NCBI GenBank assembly: GCA_012862495.1
Contig: BLSG01000137.1
Span: 208,586 to 261,162, forward strand
DNA: 52,577 bases
Direction of reading: 5' to 3'
From: Thraustochytrium aureum
Lineage: Eukaryota
Positions 1 through 12,391 of this stretch are shown piece after piece (the stretch's first letter is position 1; each line of letters starts with the position of its first letter). The position numbers were made by a program, and so were the translations under genes. Below the pieces are notes generated by a model that was given only the letters and a program-made list of their open reading frames with translations, did no database searches and was not told the origin of the DNA.

Positions 1-1
1 C

Positions 2-352
2 AAGCAGACTGGGTCCAAGGAGAAGAACGTCGTCTTTTTCGTCTTCCACGGCGGCTCGGGCTCGTCGCGCGAGGACATCCGCAAGGCGCTCGAGGCGGGC
101 ACCATCAAGATGAACATCGACACCACGTGCCAGTGGAACTTTTGGGACGGCGTGCGCACCTACGAGGCCAAGAACCGCGCCTTCCTCCAGGGCCAGATCG
201 GCAACCCGGACGGCGAAGACAAGCCCAACAAAAAGTACTACGACCCGCGCGTGTGGATGCGCAAGGCCGAGGAGTCGATGATCGCCGGCCTCAAGGAGAC
301 CTTTGAGGACTTGCGCGCCACTGGCGTGCTCGGCGCCAAGCCCAAGCTCTAG
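2..352 (+). CDS. fbaA: Class II fructose-bisphosphate aldolase, C-terminal part (5' end outside window)
   Basis: Frame from position 2 reads VFFVFHGGSGS..IKMNIDT..QW..WDGVR..LQGQIGNPDGEDKPNKKYYDPRVWMRKAEESM, the FbaA/Fba1 signature. The protein ends AKPKL*. Confidence 0.95.
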   Translation, partial: KQTGSKEKNVVFFVFHGGSGSSREDIRKALEAGTIKMNIDTTCQWNFWDGVRTYEAKNRAFLQGQIGNPDGEDKPNKKYYDPRVWMRKAEESMIAGLKETFEDLRATGVLGAKPKL

Positions 353-1300
353 CTCGTAGCTTCCTCTCGCTGGCCAGGGCCAGCTCTCTAAGCCAGTATC
401 TCTAGAGCAGAGAGTGAGTAGCCGAGATAGTCCTTCGCAAACATCAAACGCACGTGTCCACGTCCTCCGCTCCACTGTCGCCAGCGAGCTTGCGGGTTTT
501 ACTCTTGGCAAGCGAGCGCAAAACTGAGCCGAGACCACGCGTCGGCCCGGGCGAGCAACGTCCGCATGCCAGCGTCCGAGCGCACCGCTAGAAACGAATC
601 AAAGGCAACGAGAAAAATGCGTTGTGCAAAACTGGCACTCCTACCAGACTCCTAGTGTTTTTCCTAAGTAGCAGCGGGCGCGGCATTACGAAAGATCCGG
701 TGGCCTCGTCGACCCACCACCAGCTCGATGGCCCTCTGCCGTCTCTGTCCCGTGGCGGCGCGAGAATCGGCCCTCGTTTTCTAGCGTTTTTGGCGCTTGA
801 CTGCACACGAGCTACTGCACGGTTTGGTGCGGCGCTCGGACTTGCGCGAAAAAAACGCGGCGGATGCCACACATCAATGTGGCGAGTTTGCCGGCTTGAG
901 CGCTGGCTTTGAAGACTCAGCCTCGCCCCCAGTCAAGCCGGAGCGCTGCGCGGGAGGTGGGCGTGCCGTCTCGCCAACTCCTCACAACCCAATCCGCACA
1001 TCAACGAGCGAGCATCAGCGAGGCAGAACGAAGCGACAACTCAACCGTGCTGGCTCTGTTGCCCAACGCGAAAGCGGAGCAGCTGCTAAAGTGCGGCCAG
1101 GCGTCCAGCAGGTCCGATTTCGAACGCGCCACCACGTGCGCTTGCAAGACGCACGCAAGAACGCCCGAGCGGCCTCTGCGGCTGAGGAGTGCCGCCGGTG
1201 CGGCGCGAAGGTGGCAGCACGGCAAGCGGCCGAGCAATCGAGAGAGACTCGCGCGAGCCGGCAAGGCGCTGGCTCTCGCGTCGACTTCTGGAGACGCATC

Positions 1301-2195
1301 ATGCAATTTGAGTCTCCGGCCACTGCGTTCGAGACCGACTTTGAAACCGACAAGGAGCGCGCGGACTGCACAATGGCCTCCGTCTCGCTGAAAGGCGCGT
1401 CATCTGGTACACAGATTCCCTGCCCTGACGGCCAGCTCGTATTCCGATACCGGCAGGCGCGCGCCGCCGTGAGCATGCTGCCCGAAGTCGGCGCCAAGCT
1501 CGCCAAGCTGATGCCAGACAAAGCGGAAATCACGAGGTCTTCGGTCGACAGCACCGAGTCTGAGTCGAAACAACATGATGACTACATGGGACTTGAGGAA
1601 GACTACGCTGCTGGCACCGACCAGAGGGGGCAGGAGGAGGTCCAAGAGAATGCAGGGCCTCGGCGACCATATTCAGCCCAACCGCGCCGACCAGTTCGTG
1701 TACGTCAAGCGCTCAATACAGGACTTTTTAAACTTGCAGGTCCTCAGCCTTGAGAAGACCAACACGCGGCTGAAGGCAGAGCTCCAGACGAATCTCAGTT
1801 GCCTCGAAAGGCTCACGGCCCGCCTAGCCACGGAACAGCGCCTGCGCGGACTCGCGATACTCGCCAACTTGATCGGCCGCAGCAACCACCGCCGAATGAG
1901 CATTGCTTTCGGAGCTCTGCGCAGAGTGGCCGTGGAGGCTCGCATTGAAGAAGAGGCCGAGAGGCGCATCGAAGAGCACCGCGAGCTCGAGCGCGAGGCT
2001 CGGGCCGAGTACGAGCGGTCTGCGGCGGCTGAGGCTGCCCGCGGAAATGCTGCAAAGCAGGCTGAGCTCGTCGCGCAGTTGCGCGCAGAAAATCGCCGCC
2101 TCGAGGTTGAACTTGAGGATCGCTCGCGTGCTGCAGAGCTTTTGTGCAAGCGCCTCCTGCGCGTCGATGCTGCGGCGCGCTCAACGGGGCGGTGA
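1301..2195 (+). CDS. Hypothetical coiled-coil protein, probably one gene split by a frameshift near 1650
   Basis: Two overlapping ORFs. The second has long E/R/A-rich heptads (LEKTNTRLKAEL, IEEEAERRIEEHRELEREARAEYE). No family recognised; start uncertain. Confidence 0.45.
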
Positions 2196-2446
2196 CACCG
2201 AATTTGATCGTGCACATTTACGGAAGGGGTGTGGCCAAACACCGCTCCTGGACACGCGCGCAGCAGAGCTCTGCTATAGATGTATCCACTGGTATGTTGG
2301 GATTGTAAAGGGAAGGTATGCTTTTGATTGATAACGACAACCGACTCGGAAGCAGTCCCTTCCTTCAAGTCCGCTTCTCACTTGTCGCTGCAAGTCGGGC
2401 GCTCGCCGACTGCGAACGCTAAAATATATATGCCCTTTGGGCCCGA

Positions 2447-3435
2447 TCAGCCCGACACCCAGCCCGGCCCCCGCTTACCCTTGGTAATTACACGGCCCTT
2501 GCTGCCCCCGTTCCATTCTTGGGCACCGGACGAGATCACGGTGAAGCGCTCGCCCTTGCGGCTCACAATCTGTCCATCGAGGTAACGCACTTGGTTGTCT
2601 TGCTTTGCCTTGCGCTCTTGCTTTTGCTGGCGGCGCGCGGCCTTTCTCGTCTCTTTGGCGGCTGCAGCGCGGGACTTTTGGCTGCCCTCCATGACCTCTA
2701 CCTCGTCGAACCTGCTCATGAGCAGCTGCTTGACACGAAGGGCCTCTTCGGCTTGCTGCTTGGCGAGGTCCGCCGCGCGCTTGGCCTCCAGCGCGAGGTG
2801 GGCTTGGTACAACTCCTCTATGTGCGCCATTCCGTTGTCCAGGACGAGCATGGCCGCCCGGTCGACCTCGTTGTTGCAGTGGTGTTCCAAAACAAATTGA
2901 GCAGCGGCTTCGCTTCCTCCTGGCGGAAGAACGGCGCGCAGCTGCTCCATCTTGGGGTTGACGCGCGCGTCTGCGGCCTGTACAGCGGGCGGGGCGATAG
3001 CCGACGATGGCTCTTCTGCGGCCTCAGCAGCGCCTGGAAAGGCGGGCCTGGGGCCAACTTGTCTCTGCCCCAGGGAAGCGGCTGCGACGGACTCGACCTG
3101 CACGACGAGCTCGCTGGCCCGCTGCCACTCGTGCTGGTACCAGCTGTGCTTGCGCTGCCTGCGCTCTGCGACCTCTCCCGGCCGCATGCTACAAGCGCGT
3201 CATACCGAAGCCGAGCCTGTCTCGTCCCCTCGTCGCTCAGTTCGAGACTCGGCAAGAACCCTCGCACGACCTCTACAAAGTCGTCGAACCCGAGCCCTTC
3301 AGCGGCCCCCGTCGGCTCTTGGCTGATGCCGCTCGCCGCCTCCAGGTACTCGACCACGGTCTCGTCGGCGAGGACCTCAGCTTCGACGACCTGCCCCGTG
3401 GAGAGCTGGCACAACTCCGCGAGGAAGGCCTCCAT
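2447..3435 (-). CDS. CUEDC2: CUE domain-containing protein, CUEDC2-like (frameshift near 3180)
   Basis: Starts MEAFLAELC. CUE-like segment KMEQLRAVLP..AQFVLEHHCNNEVDRAAMLVL. C-terminal VRYLDGQIVSRKGERF resembles the CUEDC2 motif IRYIDNQVVSTKGERF. Confidence 0.75.
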
Positions 3436-4111
3436 CCGCCCGCAAGACCCGCGACCCCAGCAAGCTCTAACAGCGCGGGGCCTCGCGACCGCGTGCGCCG
3501 CGCCCAAGCCCGCGCGTTCCGACGGGAGCGGCGAGCGCCTGCGCTCCCGATGTCCGCCACGGCTCCGCTCCGCCTCAGGCCTTCCCGCGGCCGGTCGTCC
3601 TCGCAGATGCCGGTGCGCGACGCGCGCAGGCGAACGAAGCGCGCGGCACAACCCGAGACGCTCAGGCCTTCGCTCGCGCGCTCGCTGCCTTCGCTCTCGC
3701 GCAGGGGGCAGGCGGGCGTCCCTGGACTGGCCTCGAGCGCCTGGGCCTCGATCACGTCAACGGAATGGGCGCAACACGTTTGAAAATGGACCACCAGACT
3801 GAGCCCAAACCAACCCAATCCTCTCCGCGCGCGACCGTGGGATGCGGCCCGGTCGCGCGCTTGGCGCACAGCTCAGGCACGGCTCCTCGGCGCGTGCGGG
3901 GCTTGCCAGAGGTCGCTGACAACGCTGGCTTGGTCGGCGTTGGTTTGTCGACCTGCGAGCCCAGGAGCTTCGCTCGCGGACACACGCCGGACTGCGTGCT
4001 CGTGGAGCGGGCATCAGCGCCGTTCGGCCTTTGCTGTCGGTGTTGGATTGGATACCTGCTCGCCCGCGTCCACGGCCACGCAGTGGGACAGCCTGAGGAC
4101 AGCCCGCCCTG

Positions 4112-4985
4112 GTGGCGCGCGAAAGCGGGGCGGTTTCGCCTCACGTAGGTATCAAGCTTGGAGATGCCGAGGGGGAGCTCTCGGGGGGCTTTGGAAGGGC
4201 ACCGCAGTGGGCCGTTTGGGTTGTTCATCCGCGGCCCGTAGTCAAGGAGCGCCAGGGGGGCCTCGGCATCGCCATCGTCAACAGCCGGCCCAGAGTGGAT
4301 CTGCGCGCCTGCTTGCAGGAGCGTCTGGATGACCTCGACATGCTCTCTTACTATTGCAGCCATGCCGGCCACATCCGAGGCCTCAACCTGGCCGCCTGCG
4401 GCCAAAAGGATTCGCTCGCGCATCAAGGAGCGCCTTCGCGACCTCGACGCGGCCATTATTGACCGCCTGCGTGAGCGCTCTCGCCGCGCCATGTCCATCG
4501 TCGTCTCTGGCCTTTACAAAGTCTGCGCCAGCGTCCAGGAGGCGTTGGGCAACCTCGATGCGGCTGATCCTTCTGAAGAGCAGATTCCGCAGCGCAATAG
4601 GTACGCAAGGTCATTCTGCTCATATGCCCTGGGACCTGCTGGCCTCTGCGCCCGCGCGCAGAAGGACCTTGAAGACCTCAGAGCGGCTTTGCTTTGCAGC
4701 AGCCATCAACGCAGTGAAGCCATCGCGGCATGCGCGCCAGAGTTGCTGCCGTGCGTAGAGGCCTGCGCGTCAACGCATCGCATTCCCCCTCACGGCTCGC
4801 TCGTCTCGAGTTCGCGAGCCAGACCGCACCGCGGGGCTTGGCGGGGCCGTCGGCGGGGCCATCGGCGGCGCCTGGCGGTCGGTCGCCCTGTCGCTCCTCC
4901 TGCGCTGCGCCGTCAGTCTTGCGAGCGAACGGCATCGCAGCACACATTCTGTCCATCTGCACTGCCAATTAGACTCTGCGCGTGA
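4112..4985 (+). CDS. Hypothetical helical protein (two overlapping ORFs, structure uncertain)
   Basis: Protein-like composition (LQERLDDLDMLSYYC; RIKERLRDLDAAIIDRLRER). No family recognised. Confidence 0.3.
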
Positions 4986-5289
4986 CAAAAGCGCGCGCGA
5001 GCCCGCTGGGCGCGATCACGCACGCAGCCGCTCCAGCGCCGAGCGCAGGTGGCCTAAGCTCGATCGCGTGGAGTGCGCTCCGCGGGCGAGCGGGCTCGGG
5101 AGGCGCCGCGGGCGAGCGGGACCGGGCACGGGCTTGTGCAACATAGTGCGCGTTGTTGTCGCACGCTGTTGTCGCGCGCACCGCGCTCTCCTGCCCGCGC
5201 CGCGTCAAGGCGACGGCGGCGTTGCTGCGGTCCGCGTCTCTCGCAGCGGCGCTGCTGCTCGGGCGATCGCCCGCCGCGCGAAAGGCGCG

Positions 5290-6041
5290 ATGGACGAGGC
5301 CGACGCGGCGGACGCGCCTGACAGCGAGGTGCCGCCGAAGCTGCGCACGCTGTGCCTGAGCGCGATATGCAAGTACGCGAGCTGGTTCGAAAAGGCGCCG
5401 CTTCACGTAGATAGCGAGACGATCAAGGAGGTGCTGGCCCAGCTGGGCTCGCGTGTCACGCCCGAGCTGCTCCGCCGCTTGGAGCAGGACCATGGCAAAG
5501 ATCCCGCGATGATGTTGGCGCTCGAGCCGGGCTGGGAAAGGCTCGCGAGGGCGCGCTTCCGTGGAACTCTTGCGGACGAGTCGCTTCGCGCCCCCACATG
5601 GCGCAGAACGTTTCGGCGTCTGGAGCGCCGCAAACGCGAAATGCTCGACAAGTCGGNNNNNNNNNNNNNNNNNNNNNNNNNNNNNNNNNNNNNNNNNNNN
5701 NNNNNNNNNNNNNNNNNNNNNNNNNNNNNNNNNNNNNNNNNNNNNNNNNNNNNNNNNNNNNNNNNNNNNNNNNNNNNCTCGCCAAGCGGCGCCGCGAGGA
5801 GAAAAAGGCCAAGCCCAAGCGGTCAACAAAGCTCCTTGAAGAGGCGCCGCGAATCCCCAAAGTCAACAAGTTTGGCAAGGTTCAGCTCGGGTTTGGACGG
5901 CCCGCTTCGGCCTCAGCGTCTTCGTCGTCGACGGGATTCCGCAATGGCGGCTCCGCCAAGAGCGAAACCAAGATGAGCAAGCTCCTCAAGCAGACCAAGC
6001 GCTCTAACTTGGTCGCCAAGGCCAAGGTGCAGCGCCGTTGA
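5290..6041 (+). CDS. ELOA: Elongin A-like transcription elongation factor (spans an N gap)
   Basis: BC-box PPKLRTLCLSAI, then IKEVLAQL..VTPELLRRLE, W..L, TWRRTFRRLE, and a basic C-terminus ending MSKLLKQTKR. Confidence 0.75.
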
Positions 6042-6383
6042 CCTTTATCCGTTTGTCGCGAGCGGGCGCGGCGGTGGTTGTGCGCGCCAGGGTCCGGCTT
6101 TGCGTGTGGAGAGTTCGAGCACGCAGTGGCACCAACCCACATGCCTGCCCCTCCTGATCAGAGAGTAAAGAATAGAATGCTAACCGTTTTTCCATCCCGA
6201 GCGAGGATACCTACTTTCTTTCGCGCGGCCGGGCGCCCCCCCGGTCTGGGCTACTTTCCACCGTTCTGTCTTTGGACAGACTGCGCGAGTTGAGCCATCG
6301 CGCTTATTCGATCAAAACACGATTGCGTGGCCACTCCCAATAGGTGAAAGCGCAGGCGGCCGCTGAGCACCCAAGGTCAGGCT

Positions 6384-9300
6384 TCACCTCGGCGAATGCA
6401 CAAACCGGCCAGAGCCACTGCCCTTCCGGGGCTTCACTGGTCTCGTTGCGCCAGATCTCAAGTCCTCCAGCGCAGACCGTTCCTGAGTTGCACCTTGCCA
6501 GATCCCGCGCGGTGCACGCCCCGACCCGGCCCCCAAAGTGGCGACAAGAGGAAAGGCACGCCCCGATCCGCCCTGAGCGGCCTTGCTTGAGCCGCTGCGG
6601 TCGAGAGGGATGTGCTTTGACTTGGAACTGCGTTGCGAGCCACCGAAGTCGACCTGCCCGCCTGCTCCTGGCAGACCGAGGATTGTGGTGGCCTGCTGCA
6701 TTTTGACTGGCACCTTCCCCATGATGGCGAGCTGGCCAAGATCGCCTTTCCCTGGCCACTGCTGCTGCTGCTGATGATGATGCTGCTGCTGGCTTTGCGC
6801 CTGCTGCATTTGGAATTGCGGGGCAACGGGGATCGCATTCGTGCCAGGCGGTCCTATGCCGATCGCGCTTTGCGAGTACGACACAAGAGTCTCAGGAGCA
6901 AACGTAAGCTCAGCTCGCTCGCGCTCCTCAGGCGTTACCTCCTTGCCGTCCACAAACTTGAGCGTCTGCAGCGCGTGGATGAGTGTCGGGCGGTACAGCT
7001 GCTTGCGCGCAACGGGGTTGTTCCCCACCGTCAGCTCGAGCAGGAACGGCACGGATGCTAGCTTTTCAAGCGTGGCGAGATCAGAGATGCGGTTGTGCTG
7101 CAAATACAGCGAGTGCAGCTTGACAAGCCCCCCGAGATAGCCCAGTGTGCGGATCGAGTTGCCCTCGAGCCGAAGCGCGCGCAGGTTGACCAGGCTCTTG
7201 AGCACGCCGTGCGCGTTCTCGAGCGAGCGAATCTTGTTCTTGTCCATGACCAGCTCGCGCAGCTCGCACAGGCTCAAGGCCCTCGAACGACGTAATTTCA
7301 TTCGCCTGCACAAATAGAACCTTGAGCGACGGCAGAGCGGCCAGGTTGATCGCCGCAAGGTCGCAGATCCTGTTGGCGGCAAGCTGCAAGACCTGGATGC
7401 CGGCAAGGCCCTGGAGGCGCAGCTGTGCGATTCGGTTCTGGTTGAGCTTGAGAACCTCCAGCTCGGGAAGGTCGCACAGGCCGTCAATGTTGGTGAGCAA
7501 GTTGCGGTCCAAATTGAGCTCTCGCAAGCACTTGAAGTGATCGCTCGTGATTGTCCCCGCCTGCACGTTGCGGAGCTTGCAGCCGGAGAGGTCAAGCTCA
7601 TGGATGCTGCTGTACAGCTTGTGGCCGATCTTGTCCTCCAAAAAGTCGGCCGAAAGCCTGCCCTGGAACCTGTCCCGAGCATCTTGCTGCTCAGCTTGGT
7701 CCACGCCGACGCCGTCCAGCACCTTGAGCCGCTTGAGAAAATAGACCGTGTAGAGCCTGTACGTGGAGTCTGAGCAGATGGGGTTCCCGAGCAGGTCTGC
7801 AATGATGAGCTTGGGTTGGTCACGGAGCCGCTGCACCTCTTTCAGGACCGCGATGCGGTTGTTCCCGACGTAGAGCTCCATGAGCGACTGCAGCGGCTCG
7901 ATCCCGGACAGGCTCTCGATCGCGTTGTCCTCTAGAGACAGCTGCGTGAGGTTTCCTAGCCGCTCGAGCCCCGATATGCTGGTCAGCTTGTTGCGGCCCA
8001 GATCGAGCTTGCGCAGTTGCGTGCACTGAGACAGCCCCTCCACAGAGAGGATGCGGTTGCCTTCCAAGCAGAGCTCCTCCAGAGAGCCGCACTGGCCCAG
8101 GCCTTCGATACGCGAAATCTCGTTCTCCGCCAGGGCTAGGCGGCGCAACGCCGTGAGCGATGAAAGGTTCTCCAGGGCGCGAATGCGAGCGCGGGAAATG
8201 TCCAGCTCAACGATTGCATCCCACGCCGCTGGGGCTGCGACAGCAGACTGGCGTGAAACCTCTGGTCCAAATTTGCAGTGCTCCAGAATAGTGTTTGGGG
8301 TCAAACTGAGACGCTGCAGCTCCTTGGCGCCTCTCCGATCCGCTGCTGTTACCGCGCAGCCGTCCAGAACCCGAACTGCGGGCAGCTTTGAGAGCACCTC
8401 GCTGACGTAAAAATCAGCCTCGCAAAGTGCGTTGTTGCGCAGGTTTAGCTCCACGAGCCCCGCCTGGGAGCGCTCGAGCGTCTCAATGTCTTCGAGCCTG
8501 TACAGCAGGTTGTTGTTGAGCTCGAGCGCGCGCAGCTGCCCCAGCGACTCGATCCCCGCGATGCGCTTGATCATGTTGAAGCCCAGCTCGAGACGCTCGA
8601 GCTGGCCAAGCATCCCGAGCCCGCCCATATGGTTGATCTCGTTAAACGACGCGACAAGGGTGCGGAGGTTGGAGCATCGGTCCAGGCCCACGAGTTCACG
8701 AATGGCGTTGCCGTGCAAGTTGAGGTACACGATGTCCTCTGCGCGCGGGACGCGAGTCCAGTTGAGAATTGTCTGTTCGGAGAGGATCGCGAGCTTGGTG
8801 CGCGGTTGCACCCCCGAGTCGAGGTTGACGATCGCCATGCTTTCCTCGTCGCTCTCCGCGCTCGCCGACTCGAGCACCCCAAGCTCTCGCACGTACGTCG
8901 CAAGCGGACGCAGCAAGGGCCCAAGGTCGTCGAGCTCTTGCTGCGAGAGCGGCTCGCCTCCGGCCATGAGAGGCTCGCGCGCAATCTGCTCGACACTGGG
9001 CTCGACTGGGACCCGGTTCAGAGAACCTGCAACACCGCGAAGCTGGTTTTGCAGGTGCTCGTTTGCCGACACGTACTCAAATTCAACAACGTACTCGGGA
9101 AGCACCAGCGCGCGGTCGAAAACAAACCAGTCCTCGCAGCCAATGCCCGCAATACCTTGCGACTCCCGGAAGACGCCGTGGTATCCCACATAGTCGCGCG
9201 GGACAATCGCGCCAATGCCCGGCGCGGCTTGCTCTGCCCAAGAGCTGTCTTCCTCGTCGAGGCACCACGCCTCGCTGTCCGCTGCCTGAAGTGCTTCGCG

Positions 9301-11041
9301 CTCCTTCAAGAGCATCCCAGAATCATACTTGGGCTTTCGCCGCCTTGACGCCAATGCACCCGAGTCTGCAGAGCCACCGGTTTTCACCGCGCGCCCGACT
9401 GTGGCGCCTCCTGAGAGCATCTCAGAGACCGCCCGGGTCGAGTCGACCTGCACGCGGGCTTCGGACACGGTGTCGGAGCGAGGAAGGCACACTCTGGTGA
9501 TGATCGCTTTCGCGCGGCTCGGCAGAGCACCAGCGCGAGCCTTTGCAGAAAGCTCTACGCCTGTCATGTGGCTGTGCAAGGGGATCGCCGCGTGCCTGGC
9601 GTCAAACTTGGCTTGGTAATCGCTCGCCTTGAGGAAGCCATTCTGCACAATCTCGAGGTAGCTTTGGTTACCGACGTAAAGCAAGTTTGCCGTTCGCCCG
9701 TCGAGGGAGCCGTCTTCATCGGCGCTCGACTCGGACTGTAGAATGGATGTCGCTCGCTCGTCGAAACGCGTTTTGAGGAAACCTGTTGTGGACGCGCAGG
9801 ACGCGCGTCACCCGAAGGGCGGCAACGCCCGCCCCCTGATAGCCTGCTGCCGCGACGCGAGAGTTGAATGCGCGCACAGCGGCGTCATACCAGGCGTCTC
9901 CAGGCTTGCCCTCGGCGAGGCGCACGTTTCCGCCGGTCTCGAGCTCGAGTACGAGGTGCTGGATGGCTTCCTCTGATATCGCTCGGGCCTCCGCCTGCAT
10001 CGCCCTCGATCGCCTTTGCACGTCGTTGACTAGCGCGAGGCGCTGCGAAATACACTTGCGCAGCGCGTCACGCTTTGTTTGCAGCTTGTCCGCGCCGACT
10101 TTGGGGCCAGCTGGCGTGGCGTGAGCGAGCTGGAGGGCGCTTTCTTCGATCTCTCGCTCGACTTCCTTGAGCTGCCGCACGAGAACATTTGTAGTCATGC
10201 TAATTTTGCTGATTACAGCGTGCTGGCATTCGACCGCCTTGCGCACCACATTGGTGCAGTTGCGCTTGAGCGTTTTGATTCGCATGTTGTAGTACATTCG
10301 CTTCTTCAGGAATGTCGCCTCTGTGAGCACCTTGGCCTCCTCGTCCACGGCGATGGTGTCTAGGACGCGCACTTGCAAGTGGCACAATGCAAACGTTTGG
10401 TAGTTGCTCAGAGAGCAGACCGGGTTGGACCCAAAGTGCGGGTCTTGCAAGTAGAGGGTCCCCAGCTTTGGCAGCCGCGAGATGTTGAGCAGCTCCTTGA
10501 AAGAGCCGATCAAGTTGTCGCTAACGTTGAGTTCCGCAAGCTGCGTCATCGAGTCCAGCGCGTTGCCGATCTCGCGAATACAGTTTCGCGCCACCCAGAG
10601 CTCGGCCAGTTGCGGGAGCGCGCCGAGCCCGCTGAGGCTTTGGAGCTTGTTGTCGCAAAGCCAGAGCTTTTCGAGTTTCTCAAGGCCCTCGAGATGCTCG
10701 ATTCGCTGAATCTGGTTCGAGCTCAGGTTGAGCTGGCGGAGGTCCGCGCAGGATGCGAGCTCCTCGTCGATTTTCACCAAGGTGCAGGCGCAGACCCAGA
10801 GGCGGCGCAGCTGTGGACACGCCCCGATTCCAGCCAGCGAGGTCACGCGCTTCTGATCGTTGATGCACAGCTCGCGAAGCGCAGGAAACCGCGCGACAAA
10901 GCGCAGCGTCCGCGGCGTCACGAGTTGGAACAGCTCGATATCCTGGACCGTCTCGGCGTCCTCCTCCTGCTCAATACCATTAAACTCGCAGATTTCAACA
11001 AAGGGGTCCGTGAACGTCCGCACGCCATCCTCCTCCTCCAT
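6384..11041 (-). CDS. LRRC9: Leucine-rich repeat protein 9 (SDS22-like LRRs, central ART/PARP-like domain, further LRRs); frameshifts near 9779 and 7270
   Basis: Many LxxLxLxxNxI repeats with LRR caps (NPVC..Y..F..L.VLD) and the LRRC9-typical ATFLKKRMYYNMRIKTLKR. Three ORFs join after correcting homopolymer indels. Confidence 0.9.
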
Positions 11042-12391
11042 GGCTGCCGCGGGCGCCGGTGCGCCGCTGGAACGCTCACGCCTCGCCCAGCATGCAGCAC
11101 CTAGCCACCTCGGCGTGCCTTGTCACGGCGACGCGCGGCGCGTCTGCAGGCCGCCCACGCCACCCCCGCAATAGCGAAGCCGCACAGCGCCGCAGGCGCA
11201 CGGAGACCGACTGCGCCCTGCCCGCAGCAAGCCCCTCTGCCGCCCCGCCGCCTTGGTCCTCTGCCGCCCGGCCCGCGCGCGACGGCGTTCTTGTCCGGTG
11301 GCTCCTCCACATTCTCAACGGCCATTTCGACGCCACTCCTGTAGGGGGGGGTAAGGTGCGCTAAATGTGCGAAACGCGGTGTGCGCCACCGCCCGGACAA
11401 AGTGCGCGCGGACGAGCGCCGACTCAGCGGAACGCGCCCGTGCATACGCGCCAACATGCGCTACAGGGTGTGTACTGGCGTGCGAGGAATTGTGCGATGC
11501 GCGCGGAAGAGGCGCCGCCGCGAGGGCGACGCAGATGGGGTTGGAGGCTTGTGCGCGAGCGAGGACGCGGCGCGGGGTTGGCGCGAAGCAAAGACGCTGT
11601 GGGGGTTGGCGCTCGGTGAAGCGGCCGGGGCNNNNNNNNNNNNNNNNNNNNNNNNNNNNNNNNNNNNNNNNNNNNNNNNNNNNNNNNNNNNNNNNNNNNN
11701 NNNNNNNNNNNNNNNNNNNNNNNNNNNNNNNNNNNNNNNNNNNNNNNNNNNNNNNNNNNNNNNNNNNNNNNNNNNNNNNNNNNNNNNNNNNNNNNNNNNN
11801 NNNNNNNNNNNNNNNNNNNNNNNNNNNNNNNNNNNNNNNNNNNNNNNNNNNNNNNNNNNNNNNNNNNNNNNNNNNNNNNNNNNNNNNNNNNNNNNNNNNN
11901 NNNNNNNNNNNNNNNNNNNNNNNNNNNNNNNNNNNNNNNNNNNNNNNNNNNNNNNNNNNNNNNNNNNNNNNNNNNNNNNNNNNNNNNNNNNNNNNNNNNN
12001 NNNNNNNNNNNNNNNNNNNNNNNNNNNNNNNNNNNNNNNNNNNNNNNNNNNNNNNNNNNNNNNNNNNNNNNNNNNNNNNNNNNNNNNNNNNNNNNNNNNN
12101 NNNNNNNNNNNNNNNNNNNNNNNNNNNNNNNNNNNNNNNNNNNNNNNNNNNNNNNNNNNNNNNNNNNNNNNNNNNNNNNNNNNNNNNNNNNNNNNNNNNN
12201 NNNNNNNNNNNNNNNNNNNNNNNNNNNNNNNNNNNNNNNNNNNNNNNNNNNNNNNNNNNNNNNNNNNNNNNATACAAGTCATTGGAATGTTGTTGAGGCT
12301 GCCAAGGACGCTGCCGAGTCCCGCTAGAGCATCTTTTCCGTAGGTAACCCAGCAACACCACGGATGGATGACATCCCAAAATACCCAAGGC

